Shown piece by piece: positions 20,328 through 30,557 of a stretch of 64,000 nt of DNA. Source of the DNA: Candidatus Fermentibacterota bacterium. GTDB taxonomy: Bacteria > Fermentibacterota > Fermentibacteria > Fermentibacterales > JCC-6. The notes beneath the pieces were generated by a model. It did no database searches and was not told the DNA's origin. It worked only from the letters and a program-made list of their open reading frames with translations. The stretch covers positions 384,001 to 448,000 of the forward strand of contig CAWJQI010000004.1 of NCBI GenBank assembly GCA_963845085.1. Direction: 5' to 3'. A program made the position numbers and the translations under genes. Positions within the stretch are counted from its first letter, which is position 1. Each line of letters starts with the position of its first letter.

Positions 20328-20591
20328 CTACTTGGCCTTCTCGACGATCTCAATCAGGCGCCATCTCTTGAGTCTCGAGAGGGGGCGGGTTTCCGCGATG
20401 GTCACCACATCCCCCACGGCGCACTGGTTGTTCTCGTCGTGGGCGTAATACCTGCTGCTGGAGCGAACGCGCTTCTTGTACGCCGGATGGGCCTTGACCG
20501 CCGTGACTTCCACAACTGCGGTCTTGTCCATGGCGTTCGAAACCACTGTTCCCCGAAGCACTCTTCTGTTTCCGACTCTTGTTTCGGCCAT
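20328..20591 (-). CDS. rpsQ: 30S ribosomal protein S17
   Basis: [23 protein letters not shown]. Confidence 0.97.
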   Translation of the reverse strand: MAETRVGNRRVLRGTVVSNAMDKTAVVEVTAVKAHPAYKKRVRSSSRYYAHDENNQCAVGDVVTIAETRPLSRLKRWRLIEIVEKAK

Positions 20592-20593
20592 GG

Positions 20594-20812
20594 TCAGTTC
20601 CCTTCCCCGGCTTTGATTTCAATGCCCATGTCTATCTCTTGAAGAATGGACAAGGCCCGGGCCAGATCTTTCCGGACCATTCGCACCTTCACCGGGTTGT
20701 CGAGCTGCTGGGCCGCCTTGCGGAACCGGAGGTTGAAGATCTCCCGACGGAGTTCCCTCACCTGTTCCTCAAGCTCTTCCCTGCTCATGGCCCGGAATTC
20801 ATGAGGTTTCAC
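20594..20812 (-). CDS. rpmC: 50S ribosomal protein L29
   Basis: EIFNLRF..QLDNP..VRKDLAR. Confidence 0.95.
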   Translation of the reverse strand: MKPHEFRAMSREELEEQVRELRREIFNLRFRKAAQQLDNPVKVRMVRKDLARALSILQEIDMGIEIKAGEGN

Positions 20813-21231
20813 TGGTGAGCCTCCTTATCCCTAATCACGAACCGGGTGGCGACCGGAAGCTTGTGCCCGGCGAGACGCATGGCCTCCCTGGCGGTTTCCG
20901 GAGCAACCCCCTCGATCTCAAACATCACCCTGCCGGGCCTGACCGTGGCCACCCAGCCTTCAACAGGGCCTTTCCCCTTGCCCATTCTTGTTTCCAGGGG
21001 AGTTGCCGTGATGGGCTTGTCGGGGAATATCCTGATCCAGACCTTTCCGCCCCTCTTGATGTGCCTGGTCATCGCGATTCGGGCGGCTTCGATCTGCGCG
21101 CTGGTTATCCATCCCGGTGCAAGTGCCTGAAGGCCGAACTCGCCGAAGGAAACCTCGGCGCCGCCCTTGGCCATGCCGCGCATTCTTCCCCGGTGCTGCT
21201 TCCGGTACTTAGTTCTTTTTGGCATCAACAT
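20809..21231 (-). CDS. rplP: 50S ribosomal protein L16
   Basis: [27 protein letters not shown]. Confidence 0.98.
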   Translation of the reverse strand: MLMPKRTKYRKQHRGRMRGMAKGGAEVSFGEFGLQALAPGWITSAQIEAARIAMTRHIKRGGKVWIRIFPDKPITATPLETRMGKGKGPVEGWVATVRPGRVMFEIEGVAPETAREAMRLAGHKLPVATRFVIRDKEAHQ

Positions 21232-21248
21232 GCTGCATCACCGCTCTT

Positions 21249-21902
21249 TCAGGATCCGGCCACGGGGGCTTCGTGAACGTCGCCCACATAGATCCAGACC
21301 TTCACGCCAATCACGCCGTAGGTTGTCCGGGAAACGGCCCTTGCGAAATCGATGTCCGCCCTGAGCGTGTGCAGGGGCACCCGGCCCTCATGGTATGTGT
21401 TGACCCTGGACATCTCGGCTCCACCAAGCCTTCCGGAGCAGGATACCTTGATCCCGAGGGCGCCGGCCCTCATGGTGTCGGAGATGGTCCTCTTGATCGC
21501 CCTCCTGACGGAAACCCTGTTCTCAAGCTGACGGGCGACATTCTCCGCAACCAGCGTCGCGCTCACTTCAGGGTTGTCGATCTGGTCAACCTTGACCTTG
21601 ACCGTCTTGTCAGTGAGTGCCGTGAGTTCGCTTGTCAGCCTGTCTATCGTCTTGCCGCGGGTGCCGATAACCATGCCCGGCCTGGCCGTGCTGATGGCTA
21701 TATGCACTTCCTGGGGCTTGCGCAGGATGGAGACCTTGCTGATCTGAGCCTTGTCAAGAAGAGGGTTCAGAAGGATGTATTTCCTGATCCTTGCGTCCTC
21801 CTCGACGAGCTTTGCGAAATTCCTGCCCTTGGCGAACCAGACCGAGTCCCAGCTTCTGGTGATGCCCAGCCTGAGGCCTATAGGATTTGTTTTTTGTCCC
21901 AT
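21249..21902 (-). CDS. rpsC: 30S ribosomal protein S3
   Basis: MGQKTNPIGLRLG..GRVPLHTLRADID. Confidence 0.98.
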   Translation of the reverse strand: MGQKTNPIGLRLGITRSWDSVWFAKGRNFAKLVEEDARIRKYILLNPLLDKAQISKVSILRKPQEVHIAISTARPGMVIGTRGKTIDRLTSELTALTDKTVKVKVDQIDNPEVSATLVAENVARQLENRVSVRRAIKRTISDTMRAGALGIKVSCSGRLGGAEMSRVNTYHEGRVPLHTLRADIDFARAVSRTTYGVIGVKVWIYVGDVHEAPVAGS

Positions 21903-21904
21903 GT

Positions 21905-22270
21905 TTACCTCTTCTCCAGTCCGGCTGTGTCACCCTGACTGACCCTGACGGTGATGTGGCTGGTCCGGTGGACAATGCGTGTGGCCCTTCCCCTGGCCCT
22001 GGGGCGCCAACGTGCGACCATGGGGCCTTCGTCCACGGTGATGACGGATACCTTCATCTTGTCTGCCTCGAGCCGGGCGCCGTCGGAAAGGTGCACGGCA
22101 TTGGCCACGGCCGAGTCCAGCGTCTTGGCGATGATCTTCGAGGCGTTCTTGGGCACTGTCATGAGGATCGAGAGTGCCTGTCCGACTGATTTGCCTCTGA
22201 TGAGATCCGCCACGGCGCGCGCCTTGCGGGGAGGAACCCTCACAAACCTTGCTTTGGCAACGGCTTCCAT
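21905..22270 (-). CDS. rplV: 50S ribosomal protein L22
   Basis: PRKARAVADLIRGK..PRARGRA..TSHITV. Confidence 0.97.
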   Translation of the reverse strand: MEAVAKARFVRVPPRKARAVADLIRGKSVGQALSILMTVPKNASKIIAKTLDSAVANAVHLSDGARLEADKMKVSVITVDEGPMVARWRPRARGRATRIVHRTSHITVRVSQGDTAGLEKR

Positions 22271-22281
22271 TTCCCCTCCCC

Positions 22282-22548
22282 CTACTTCTTCTTCTCGCGG
22301 TGACCGCGGAAGGTTCGGGTTGGGGCGAACTCGCCGAGCTTGTGCCCCACCATGTTCTCAACAACGAATACCGGTACGAACTTGCGGCCGTTGTGCACGG
22401 CAAACGTCTGGCCTACGAAGTCCGGCGGAATGGTCGAACGTCGGGCCCACGTCTTAATAACCTTGCTCTCGCCGGACTGGCCCATGAGCTCCACCTTCCG
22501 GAGAAGCCCGGCATCGATGAACGGGCCTTTCTTCAGGGAACGCGCCAT
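22282..22548 (-). CDS. rpsS: 30S ribosomal protein S19
   Basis: [23 protein letters not shown]. Confidence 0.98.
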   Translation of the reverse strand: MARSLKKGPFIDAGLLRKVELMGQSGESKVIKTWARRSTIPPDFVGQTFAVHNGRKFVPVFVVENMVGHKLGEFAPTRTFRGHREKKK

Positions 22549-22550
22549 CG

Positions 22551-23393
22551 CTACTTCCTCCTCTTTCCGGTGGGTCTGCGCCTTGTGATGAGTTTGCTGG
22601 ATTCCTTCTTGGGCTTCCTGGTGCGAAGACCCTTGGCAAGCTGACCCCAGGGTGAGCACGGATGACGGCCACCGCTTGTCTTGCCTTCGCCGCCGCCCAT
22701 GGGGTGATCAACCGGGTTCATGGCAACACCCCTGACATGGGGTCTTCTGCCTATCCATCGGCTGCTTCCGGCCTTGCCGGGAACCACGAGGTTGTGCTCG
22801 TTGTTGCCGACCTGGCCGATCGTGGCCATGCAGTTGGCGGGAACCTGCCTCATCTCGCGGGAGGGCATGCGCAGTGTTGCGTAGCCGCCTTCCCTTGCCA
22901 TGAGCTGCACCGATGCGCCGGCGCTGCGTGCGATCTGCCCGCCCTTGCCCGGCTTCATCTCGACGTTGTGAACCATCGTTCCGAGGGGAACCCTGTTCAG
23001 CGGAAGATGGTTGCCGATCTCGGGAGGCGCTTCTGCGCCGCTGAGAACGGTCTGGCCTACAACAAGGCCCTCGGGAGCTATGATGTACCGCTTCTCGCCG
23101 TCGCAGTAGATCACGAGGGCGATCCTGGCGCTGCGGTTGGGATCGTACTCAATGGAATCGACCCTTCCGGGTATGCCCGGCTTGTTCCTGCGGAAGTCGA
23201 TGATCCGGTACATCTTCTTGTGGCCGCCGCCCCGGTGCCTTGCGGTTATCCGCCCCTTGTTGTTCCGGCCCGCCTTGCTGGGCATCGGGATCATCAGGGA
23301 CTTTTCGCCTTCCGTTCTCGTGATCTCGGAAAAATCGGGCGATACTTTGAACCTGGTACCGGGGGTGGTAGGCTTCCATCGCTTCATTCCCAT
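22551..23393 (-). CDS. rplB: 50S ribosomal protein L2
   Basis: [27 protein letters not shown]. Confidence 0.98.
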   Translation of the reverse strand: MGMKRWKPTTPGTRFKVSPDFSEITRTEGEKSLMIPMPSKAGRNNKGRITARHRGGGHKKMYRIIDFRRNKPGIPGRVDSIEYDPNRSARIALVIYCDGEKRYIIAPEGLVVGQTVLSGAEAPPEIGNHLPLNRVPLGTMVHNVEMKPGKGGQIARSAGASVQLMAREGGYATLRMPSREMRQVPANCMATIGQVGNNEHNLVVPGKAGSSRWIGRRPHVRGVAMNPVDHPMGGGEGKTSGGRHPCSPWGQLAKGLRTRKPKKESSKLITRRRPTGKRRK

Positions 23394-23395
23394 GG

Positions 23396-23683
23396 TTACA
23401 CCCCCTCAAAAATGTCGACGGTGTCGCCCTTTTTAAGGGTGACCACAGCTTTTTTCCAGGCGGAGCGGCGGCCGGCGAAACGGCCCATTCGCTTCAGTTT
23501 CCCCTCCATCCTGATGGTATGAACGGCAAGCACTGTAACGTTGAAGATCTCCTCGACCGCCTTGGCGATCTGATCCTTCGTTGCCGCGGGTTTCACCTTG
23601 AAGGAGTAGGCGTTGATGGTCTCACGCGCCACGGTGGATTTCTCGGTGACGATGGGCTCGATGATTATCTGTCGGGCATCCAT
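23396..23683 (-). CDS. rplW: 50S ribosomal protein L23
   Basis: [21 protein letters not shown]. Confidence 0.96.
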   Translation of the reverse strand: MDARQIIIEPIVTEKSTVARETINAYSFKVKPAATKDQIAKAVEEIFNVTVLAVHTIRMEGKLKRMGRFAGRRSAWKKAVVTLKKGDTVDIFEGV

Positions 23684-24306
23684 TACAAAAGCCTCGCTTT
23701 CAGCTCATCAATGGCCCGTTCGTCCATGAGAACCACTTCGGAATTCACCAGTGTGGTCACCGGAACGCTTCGGGCGCTGGCGGCGTATACACCGGGGATG
23801 TTGCGGGATGCCCTGGTTGCGTTCTCGTCACCTTCAAGAGTGAGGATGAGAGTCTTTCTTCCGGAGCAGCCGTTTCCTGCCAGCATTCCCGCCACCTGGC
23901 GGGTTTTGCCCTCGAGAAGGAAATCCCTGATCAGCCTGAGGTTGCCCTCGTCCAGCCTTTCGCTCAGAATGCCTGCAAGGGCCTTGCGGCGTATCTTGCG
24001 GTTGAGCTTGATTCCCCAGGGACGGGGATGGGGACCGAAGGCGACTCCACCGCCACGCCAGATCGGCGACTTCCTGGAGCCGCTTCGGGCATGCCCGGTG
24101 TGCTTCTGACGCCATGGCTTCTTGCCGCTGCCCGTTACCATGGCCCTTGTCTTTGAACTGGCCGTACCCCTGCGGCGGTTGGTCTGCTCTACCCTGACGA
24201 CCTCCCACAGCACGTGGGTGGATACCCCCGTGGAGAACACCTCGTCAGGGAGCTGAACGGTATCGACCTCTTCGCCGCTCATAGTGTAGACTCTTGCGAG
24301 TGCCAT
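23683..24306 (-). CDS. rplD: 50S ribosomal protein L4
   Basis: KPWRQKHTGHARSGS..WRGGGVAFGP. Confidence 0.97.
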   Translation of the reverse strand: MALARVYTMSGEEVDTVQLPDEVFSTGVSTHVLWEVVRVEQTNRRRGTASSKTRAMVTGSGKKPWRQKHTGHARSGSRKSPIWRGGGVAFGPHPRPWGIKLNRKIRRKALAGILSERLDEGNLRLIRDFLLEGKTRQVAGMLAGNGCSGRKTLILTLEGDENATRASRNIPGVYAASARSVPVTTLVNSEVVLMDERAIDELKARLL

Positions 24307-24941
24307 CAGCTGTTACCTCCGCTCTTGCGGTGCTTCCGTATCAGAAGGTACCCGTTCCTTGAGCCGGGAACAGCGCCCTTGAGCACGACGATGTTCTTCT
24401 CGCCGTCAACTTCCACAACCTCGAGGTTTTTTACCGTAACCTTGGCGTTACCGGTCTGCCCGGGCATCTTCTTGTTCTTCCAGACACGGCCGGGAGTGGC
24501 GCACTGTCCGATCGAGCCGGGAACCCTGTGAGATTTGCAGCCGTGTGTCTGGTCGCCGCCGCTGAAACCGTGCCTCTTGACAACGCCCTGGAAACCTTTG
24601 CCCTTGGAGAGTCCGGTTACGTCGACCTTCTCACCCGGGCTGAAGATGCTGACCGTGATGGTGTCGCCGGGCTTGACGTCGCCCTCCGGCTTTCCCACTT
24701 CAGCAAGCCTGGACACGGGGGGAACCCCCGCCTTTTCCAGATGCCCCTTCTGGGGCTTGTTGAGCCGGCTCTCCTTCTGTGGATAGAAGCCCACCTGTAC
24801 GGCGGCATAGCCGTCGCGCTCGGGGGTCTTCACCTGAACCACATGGTTCGGCGCCGCCTCGAGAACAGTGACCGGGACGACCCTTCCGTCTTCATTGAAG
24901 ACACGGGTCATGCCCAGTTTACGAGCCATCAATCCGCTCAT
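24306..24941 (-). CDS. rplC: 50S ribosomal protein L3
   Basis: KLGMT..DGYAAVQ..SKGKGFQG..KGAVPG. Confidence 0.97.
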   Translation of the reverse strand: MSGLMARKLGMTRVFNEDGRVVPVTVLEAAPNHVVQVKTPERDGYAAVQVGFYPQKESRLNKPQKGHLEKAGVPPVSRLAEVGKPEGDVKPGDTITVSIFSPGEKVDVTGLSKGKGFQGVVKRHGFSGGDQTHGCKSHRVPGSIGQCATPGRVWKNKKMPGQTGNAKVTVKNLEVVEVDGEKNIVVLKGAVPGSRNGYLLIRKHRKSGGNS

Positions 24942-25094
24942 ATACCACTTCCCGTCGCTGAAGTCCCCTGAAGGCGGGGGGACGAGCGTTGCTGTTCTTT
25001 CTACCGCCGCCTGCCGGAGCATCCGCCCAGGCTCCGCAGTGCGACATTTCCTCTTAATCCGGCTGAGCCGGATCAGTCAGGAGAACTACACCGA

Positions 25095-25400
25095 TTACTT
25101 GATCTCGACGTCCACACCAGCGGGAACATCAAGCTGACGAAGCGCCTCGGTTGTCTGCTCGTTGGGATCCCTGATCTCAATGAGCCTTGAGTGCACCCTC
25201 AACTCGAACTGCTCCCTGGATTTCTTGTCAACATGGGGGCTACGAAGAACCGTAAGCATCGTGCGCCTTGTGGGCAGCGGGATCGGACCCGCAACCTTGG
25301 CACCGGTATTGAGCACGCCGCGCACAATGGATGCGGCGGACTTGTCCAGCAGCCTGTGATCATAGGCCCTGAGCCTTATTCTAAGCCGTATCTCGTTCAA
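25095..25400 (-). CDS. rpsJ: 30S ribosomal protein S10 (TTG start)
   Basis: [42 protein letters not shown]. Confidence 0.97.
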   Translation of the reverse strand: MNEIRLRIRLRAYDHRLLDKSAASIVRGVLNTGAKVAGPIPLPTRRTMLTVLRSPHVDKKSREQFELRVHSRLIEIRDPNEQTTEALRQLDVPAGVDVEIK

Positions 25401-25572
25401 CCCATCTCCTCGTTCAGTACAACCATAAATAAACGCGCAATACACCCGTTCGGGAGAATCCCGCGCCGCCACTGGTCAAAAAATGCCCTTTGGCTCATCG
25501 GAGCCTCGGGGGACGTAATATGGTGGAAGCTTTCGGAAACTGCAACCACCCCTCCCCTTTCAGGGAAGTGCA

Positions 25573-25601
25573 AGACTACCACTCAAAACCCGTTTTGTCA
25601 A
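25573..25601 (-). promoter_or_regulatory. sigma70-type promoter of the S10 operon
   Basis: TTGACA-17 nt-TAGTCT, about 170 nt upstream of rpsJ. Confidence 0.7.
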
Positions 25602-25665
25602 GACGGGTCATTGACACGGCGGGGTTTCCCCGCTTATGCAAATACCTCGGAGAAAGGGGGCCTGC

Positions 25666-25869
25666 ATGGAATGCAAAAAGGACGGCAACCTTCTGCGGTG
25701 CAACTGCAGTTACGACCCCTGTTCCAGAAAGGGGCTCTGCTGTGAATGCATAGCTAGTCACCTCAGGGATCGCGAACTGCCCGGCTGCTGCTTCCCTGAA
25801 TCAGCGGAGAAGACCTGGAACAGGTCGTTCGAACACTTCGCAAAGCTCGTTACGGAGGGAAAGGTCTGA
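25666..25869 (+). CDS. Small Cys-rich protein (DUF6485-like)
   Basis: [38 protein letters not shown]. Confidence 0.8.
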   Translation: MECKKDGNLLRCNCSYDPCSRKGLCCECIASHLRDRELPGCCFPESAEKTWNRSFEHFAKLVTEGKV

Positions 25870-27006
25870 CCGTCAGGGAATTCAGAATGGCGCTCCACAG
25901 GGCGGCCGAGGTGTCCGGCAGGGAGGCTGCCACGGCAGAGCTCGTGGCGGGCTTTCTTGCCGCCACACGCCCTGAGAGGCTTCTTCGGGGAATCGCCGGA
26001 CACGGTGTTGCAGCGCTGTACCAGGGGCCACTCCCCGGCCCCCGGGTGATAGTCCGCTGCGAGCTCGACGGACTTCCATTGCCGGATGGACCCGGAGCCC
26101 GTCACGGGTGCGGGCACGATGGACACATGGCCATGACTGCCGGTGTTGCGGCGCACCTTGCGAAAGCCCCGCTCGACATGGGCTCGGTCCTGCTGCTTTT
26201 CCAGCCCTCGGAAGAGACCGGCGCAGGAGCTTCCGCCGTACTGAAGGACGACGGTTTCAGATCCCTGATGCCCGACTTTGCCGTAGCGCTCCACAACCTT
26301 CCCGGGTTCAGGCTGGGGGACGTTGTGCTGAAACGGGATTTGTTTTCCCTGGCATCTGCCGGGATCACGGTCAATTTCACCGGCGTGAGTTCCCATGCAG
26401 GGGAACCCCACAAGGGAAGAAGCCCGGCAATTGCCCTCGCCCGGATGATCCAGTCTCTGAACGCCCTCTCACGGAGCCGGGCCGATCAATTCCAGCCGAC
26501 CATGGTCACTGTCGTTCACGCAACAATGGGCGCTGCGGCATTCGGTACTTCACCGGGCGATGCGGTCGTGATGGCAACGATCAGGGCTTCCGAAAAGGAG
26601 GTTCTCGATGCTTTGTTTCAGGAGTGCCGCGGGATGGCGGAAGGTATTGCGGGAACGTGCGGGCTCGGGGTTTCAGTAGAAGCAAGCGAGGAGTTCCCGC
26701 CGGTTTCAAACGACAACCGTCTTGTTGGACCTGGTCGCAGAGACCGCCAAAAGGCTTGATATGAACGTTTTCTTCAGGAATGAGCCCTTCCCATGGTCGG
26801 AGGACTTCGGTCACTTCACCAGCGCCATGCCGGGGGTTCTTTTCGGGCTTGGCGCAGGGGAGGAAACGCCCCCGCTGCACCACCCCGATTACGAATTTCC
26901 CGACGAACTTCTGCCGCTGGGTTCGAAGCTGCTTCTGGAAACGGCAAGATCGATGATCAGGCAGGGCTGGTCATCACAGAAAAAGAACCAGCAACATCAT
27001 CAATGA
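25866..27006 (+). CDS. M20D amidohydrolase; +1 frameshift near 26727; start uncertain (CTG 25866 or ATG 25887)
   Basis: [30 protein letters not shown]; second frame [16 protein letters not shown]. Confidence 0.85.
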
Positions 27007-27495
27007 TCGGTGTCAGCAGATGTGCCCCTGAAGTAAACATGTGCTTCATCAGAAACAATGGGGTTCAAGTCGCTGATGAGGCGCCAAGCAATTTCGAGCG
27101 TGTCTCCCAGTAAACTTTCGGTTGCAGTTGCCCTTTACGGGCGTTCCATATTTTTGTTTGACAATCATTTCTGACAAGCAGCCCATTTTCATAATCCTGG
27201 CAAACTCTCGTCGGAGTTAGCTCCGAGACACTGGTTCACATCCCAGCTGATGGCCCAAACCAGCAATTTGTCAACTTTTCGGCAGAAAAGTAATGCTCCG
27301 TCGGGATGAGGCAAGATCAGTAAAAACTCATGGCTTTCAATGGGAACCGGGTTCGTACACAAGGGTGCCGGGATATGCAATCGAACGGTTGTATACAGGG
27401 AACAAGGGCACATCTTGCTGATATCCAGATACTTGAGTGCCCTATGAAGAAAGGGCCGCTGCCTATGCAACGGCCCTACCTTCGATGGTTTCCGA

Positions 27496-29019
27496 CTATC
27501 TCACTAGCACCACCCGCGTGGAAGCCTCGAGTTCATCGCTGGAGAGCCTCAGGAAGTACACCCCCTGGGCCAGGGCGTGCCCGTTCCCGTCGAGGCCGTC
27601 CCAGTAGTGGGTTTGCGAACCCATGGGCAGGATTCCCAGATCCTGCGTCCTCACCAGACGCCCTGCGGCATCGAAGATCTCGAGTGTCAGGGGGGAGAGC
27701 CCGATGCCCTGGAAGGAGAGTTCGATTCCAGCAGCCGTGGGGTTGGGCGAGGCATGAAGCAAACTCGATTCCATCCCCGGAGATGGTTCGATCCCTGTGT
27801 AAGGTTCCCATCGAGCTATGCCATTGGCACGTTCACCACCGGCCTCGGTGAAGTATCCTCCCACATACAAGCCTGAACCACTCACTACGATGTCGGCACT
27901 ACCATTCTGCACACCGCTTCCAAGAGAATGCCAGGAACTGCCGTCCCACATGGCAATGCCATCTAGGTCGTCATAGGGAGACCAGCTGGGATACCAGAAT
28001 AATCCTCCAACATAAACGTCCGAGCCACTCAAGACGATGTCGTAGACTTCGTCGTTCAATACGCCTCCCATTGCTGACCAGCAGCTGCCATCCCATCGGG
28101 CAACGTAATTGGCAGGGTTCCCTCCGGCCTGGGTGAAGCCTCCTCCCACATACACGTCCGAACCGCTCACAGCGACGGCCCAGACCCAGTTGTTCACACC
28201 GGTTCCGAGCGCTGACCAGCTGCTGCCATCCCATCGGGCAATACGGTTGGCTGGGTTCCCACCGGCTTGGGAGAACTCTCCTCCCACATACACGTCCGAG
28301 CCACTCACGGTGATAGCGTAGACATAGTCGTTAACACCGCTTCCCATTGCTGACCAGCTGCTGCCGTTCCATCGGGCGATGTAGTTGGCAGGATTCCCCC
28401 CTGCCTGGGTGAAGTTGCCTCCCACATACACGTCCGAGCCGCTCACAGCGATAGCCCAGACACGTTTGTTCACACCGCTTCCCAGTTCTGACCAGCTGCT
28501 GCCATCCCATCGGGCGATGTAGCTGGCGGGGTTGCCACCGGCCTGGGTGAACCACCCCCCCGCATATACATCCGAGCCGCTGACAGCGATGGCCCAGACC
28601 ATGTCGTTCACACCGCCACCCAGTTCTGACCAAGAACTGCCATTCCAACTGGCTATGTGGTTGACAGTGCTCCCCCCGGCCTGGTTGAACCACCCCCCCG
28701 CATACAAAACGCCTGTATCGCTGTAGTCGATGGCATAGACCGGCGCGTCAACACCTCTTCCCAGCGGGTACCAGGTCCCTTCCATGTCCTGCCCGGCAGG
28801 AGGGAAAAGGGGTTCCCAGGGTGAAGAGTCCTCTTCCACGAACAGAGGTTCCCCACCTGGACCGTATTCCATGTGGAAACCGGTGGGGTCGAAACTCCCC
28901 GTAGCCCCCTCCATTATCTCTCCGCCTGAAGTCAGTGCTGTCCCCAAGGAGGGTAGCGTCTCGGAAAATGCCACAGAGGCGCTCAGAAGTAGAGCAGCTA
29001 AAAGGTTCCATGCTCTCAT
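27496..29019 (-). CDS. Secreted 7-repeat beta-propeller protein with C-terminal T9SS/FlgD-Ig-like domain
   Basis: Signal peptide MRAWNLLAALLLSASVAFS; seven 46-aa repeats; PNP..IFDAAGRLVR..WDG..GVYFLRL. Confidence 0.85.
   Translation of the reverse strand: MRAWNLLAALLLSASVAFSETLPSLGTALTSGGEIMEGATGSFDPTGFHMEYGPGGEPLFVEEDSSPWEPLFPPAGQDMEGTWYPLGRGVDAPVYAIDYSDTGVLYAGGWFNQAGGSTVNHIASWNGSSWSELGGGVNDMVWAIAVSGSDVYAGGWFTQAGGNPASYIARWDGSSWSELGSGVNKRVWAIAVSGSDVYVGGNFTQAGGNPANYIARWNGSSWSAMGSGVNDYVYAITVSGSDVYVGGEFSQAGGNPANRIARWDGSSWSALGTGVNNWVWAVAVSGSDVYVGGGFTQAGGNPANYVARWDGSCWSAMGGVLNDEVYDIVLSGSDVYVGGLFWYPSWSPYDDLDGIAMWDGSSWHSLGSGVQNGSADIVVSGSGLYVGGYFTEAGGERANGIARWEPYTGIEPSPGMESSLLHASPNPTAAGIELSFQGIGLSPLTLEIFDAAGRLVRTQDLGILPMGSQTHYWDGLDGNGHALAQGVYFLRLSSDELEASTRVVLVR
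27808..28773 (-). repeat. Intragenic tandem repeat, 138-bp (46-aa) unit, about 7 copies
   Basis: CCCACATACACGTCCGA recurs at 28145, 28283 and 28421 (138-bp spacing); unit WSxxGxGVNxxVxAIxVSGSDVYVGGxFTQAGGNPANxIARWxGSS. Confidence 0.9.
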
Positions 29020-29335
29020 AGTAATCCTCCTAAACTGGGACATGGAAGCATATACATGAGTGATACTCTGGAACAACATGCAGGTCAATGGACGGTCAGA
29101 CAACACTGAAAATCGCGCCCGAATCTGTCTGAACAGTTCTGTTCATGAGTCTATCCAGGTCAAGAGATGTAAGGAAGGCCGCGGCGTCAACGGCGGCTCG
29201 TTTCACCAGTTGGTTACTTGGTCTTGACTGCCTCGCGGATCCTCCACCCGGATGCAGGCCACGATCTCTCCGAATGCCTCGCAGGTCGTCGCATCGGTTT
29301 CCTAGCATCAAGTGGATTGCTGAAGTTCTTTACAA

Positions 29336-29921
29336 TTATGAGAGCTGTCTTCTTAAGCTTCTCTCCGTCACCAGCCTCCTCTCCCAGTTATCCCCCATCG
29401 CCAGAACCCTTTCGATCTCGATACTGGGCATCTCCAACAACGATAACCACTGAGTTACACTGGCCCTGGACATCCCATGCCTTCTTGCCAGTTCAGCTCT
29501 GGAGATACCGTCTCGCTTCAGTTCCTCAGCGAGTTCGAGGGCGACAACCATGGGATTGCGGAATGTCTTCCGAGGTTATGGTTCCGATTCGCTCGTCGGA
29601 AGTTTTCTGATGATGGTGAAATCTGGGCTTGAGAATTTCGAGCGGGTAGCGGAACGAGGCGCCAGGATTCATATGCGTGTCTCCAAACAACCTTTCAGTT
29701 CCCGATGTGCTCTTCAGACTCTCCAAGTGATTGTTTCAACTGCCATTCAGATGCACAGCCCATTCTTCATCCCGGATGACTCTCATCAGAGCTGATTTCG
29801 GCCAATCGGCATACATCCGGGTTGGACTCCCAACAAGCCTGAATTTGATCAACTTTCGTGAGAAGGGTCTTGTGTTGCCCGGTTCAGCAGGGATCTGCAC
29901 AAACTCCTTGACTTCTTTCAT
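29336..29921 (-). pseudogene. Fragmented HTH-containing gene (possible mobile-element remnant)
   Basis: GISRAELARRHGMSRASVTQWLSLL helix-turn-helix; upstream continuation broken by stops and frame changes. Confidence 0.4.
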
Positions 29922-29977
29922 ACTTTCACCATTGTCCGGAAGTATCCAAACGACCCTTCAACCAGTTGGGAGCAAAA

Positions 29978-30370
29978 ATGAAACAGCTGTTGCTTCTTAT
30001 CATTGCTGCATGCGCGGCACTTGCCGGCCAGACGCCCACGGACGACTCGGAGGACATCACGCTCCCGTCGGATAGGAACATGGACGAGGTCAGAGAGATC
30101 CTGGATGTGTTGAAACCGTCAGTTCAAGAAGCCTACGCAGAACTTCTGGTCACCGCACCTGAAGCTTCGGGAGAAATGACTGTGGGATTCGCCATCACGC
30201 CTGCCGGTGATGTAACCGATCTTGAGGTCACATGCACCGAAGGGCTTGAAACCCTGATTGATCCTGTGACCGAAACGATGACGTCACTTGACTTCGGCAG
30301 CTGTCCCGAACAGGTGGAGAACATTCCCGTCTTCATTCCCGTTTCCCTTGTTCCACCTCTGCAGGAATAG
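29978..30370 (+). CDS. Exported protein with TonB-C/AgmX-PglI-like C-terminal domain
   Basis: Signal peptide MKQLLLLIIAACAALAG; Y..LL..P..SGEMTVGFAITPAGDV. Confidence 0.6.
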   Translation: MKQLLLLIIAACAALAGQTPTDDSEDITLPSDRNMDEVREILDVLKPSVQEAYAELLVTAPEASGEMTVGFAITPAGDVTDLEVTCTEGLETLIDPVTETMTSLDFGSCPEQVENIPVFIPVSLVPPLQE

Positions 30371-30557
30371 GAAACTGCCTGACCTGGTGAACCAGCACTA
30401 TCTCAAAAACACGCAACGTCTCGTGATGGTTTCGCCGGCCGACTCCAGCCGTATCAAATAGCACCCCGGCTGTTCCCGTTCGGGAAGCAACCGCGTTACG
30501 CCAGGCTTCCCGAAAACATCCCGGGGCAGTTACGGTCTGAGCAATTCAGGATGCGGT

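Noticed and set aside
27189..27470. 93-aa ORF on the - strand
   Set aside because: No RBS or motif and atypical composition; likely spurious
27808..28773. CRISPR array or diversity-generating retroelement
   Set aside because: Repeats are contiguous in-frame 138-bp coding units without spacers. No cas or reverse transcriptase genes and no template repeat were seen
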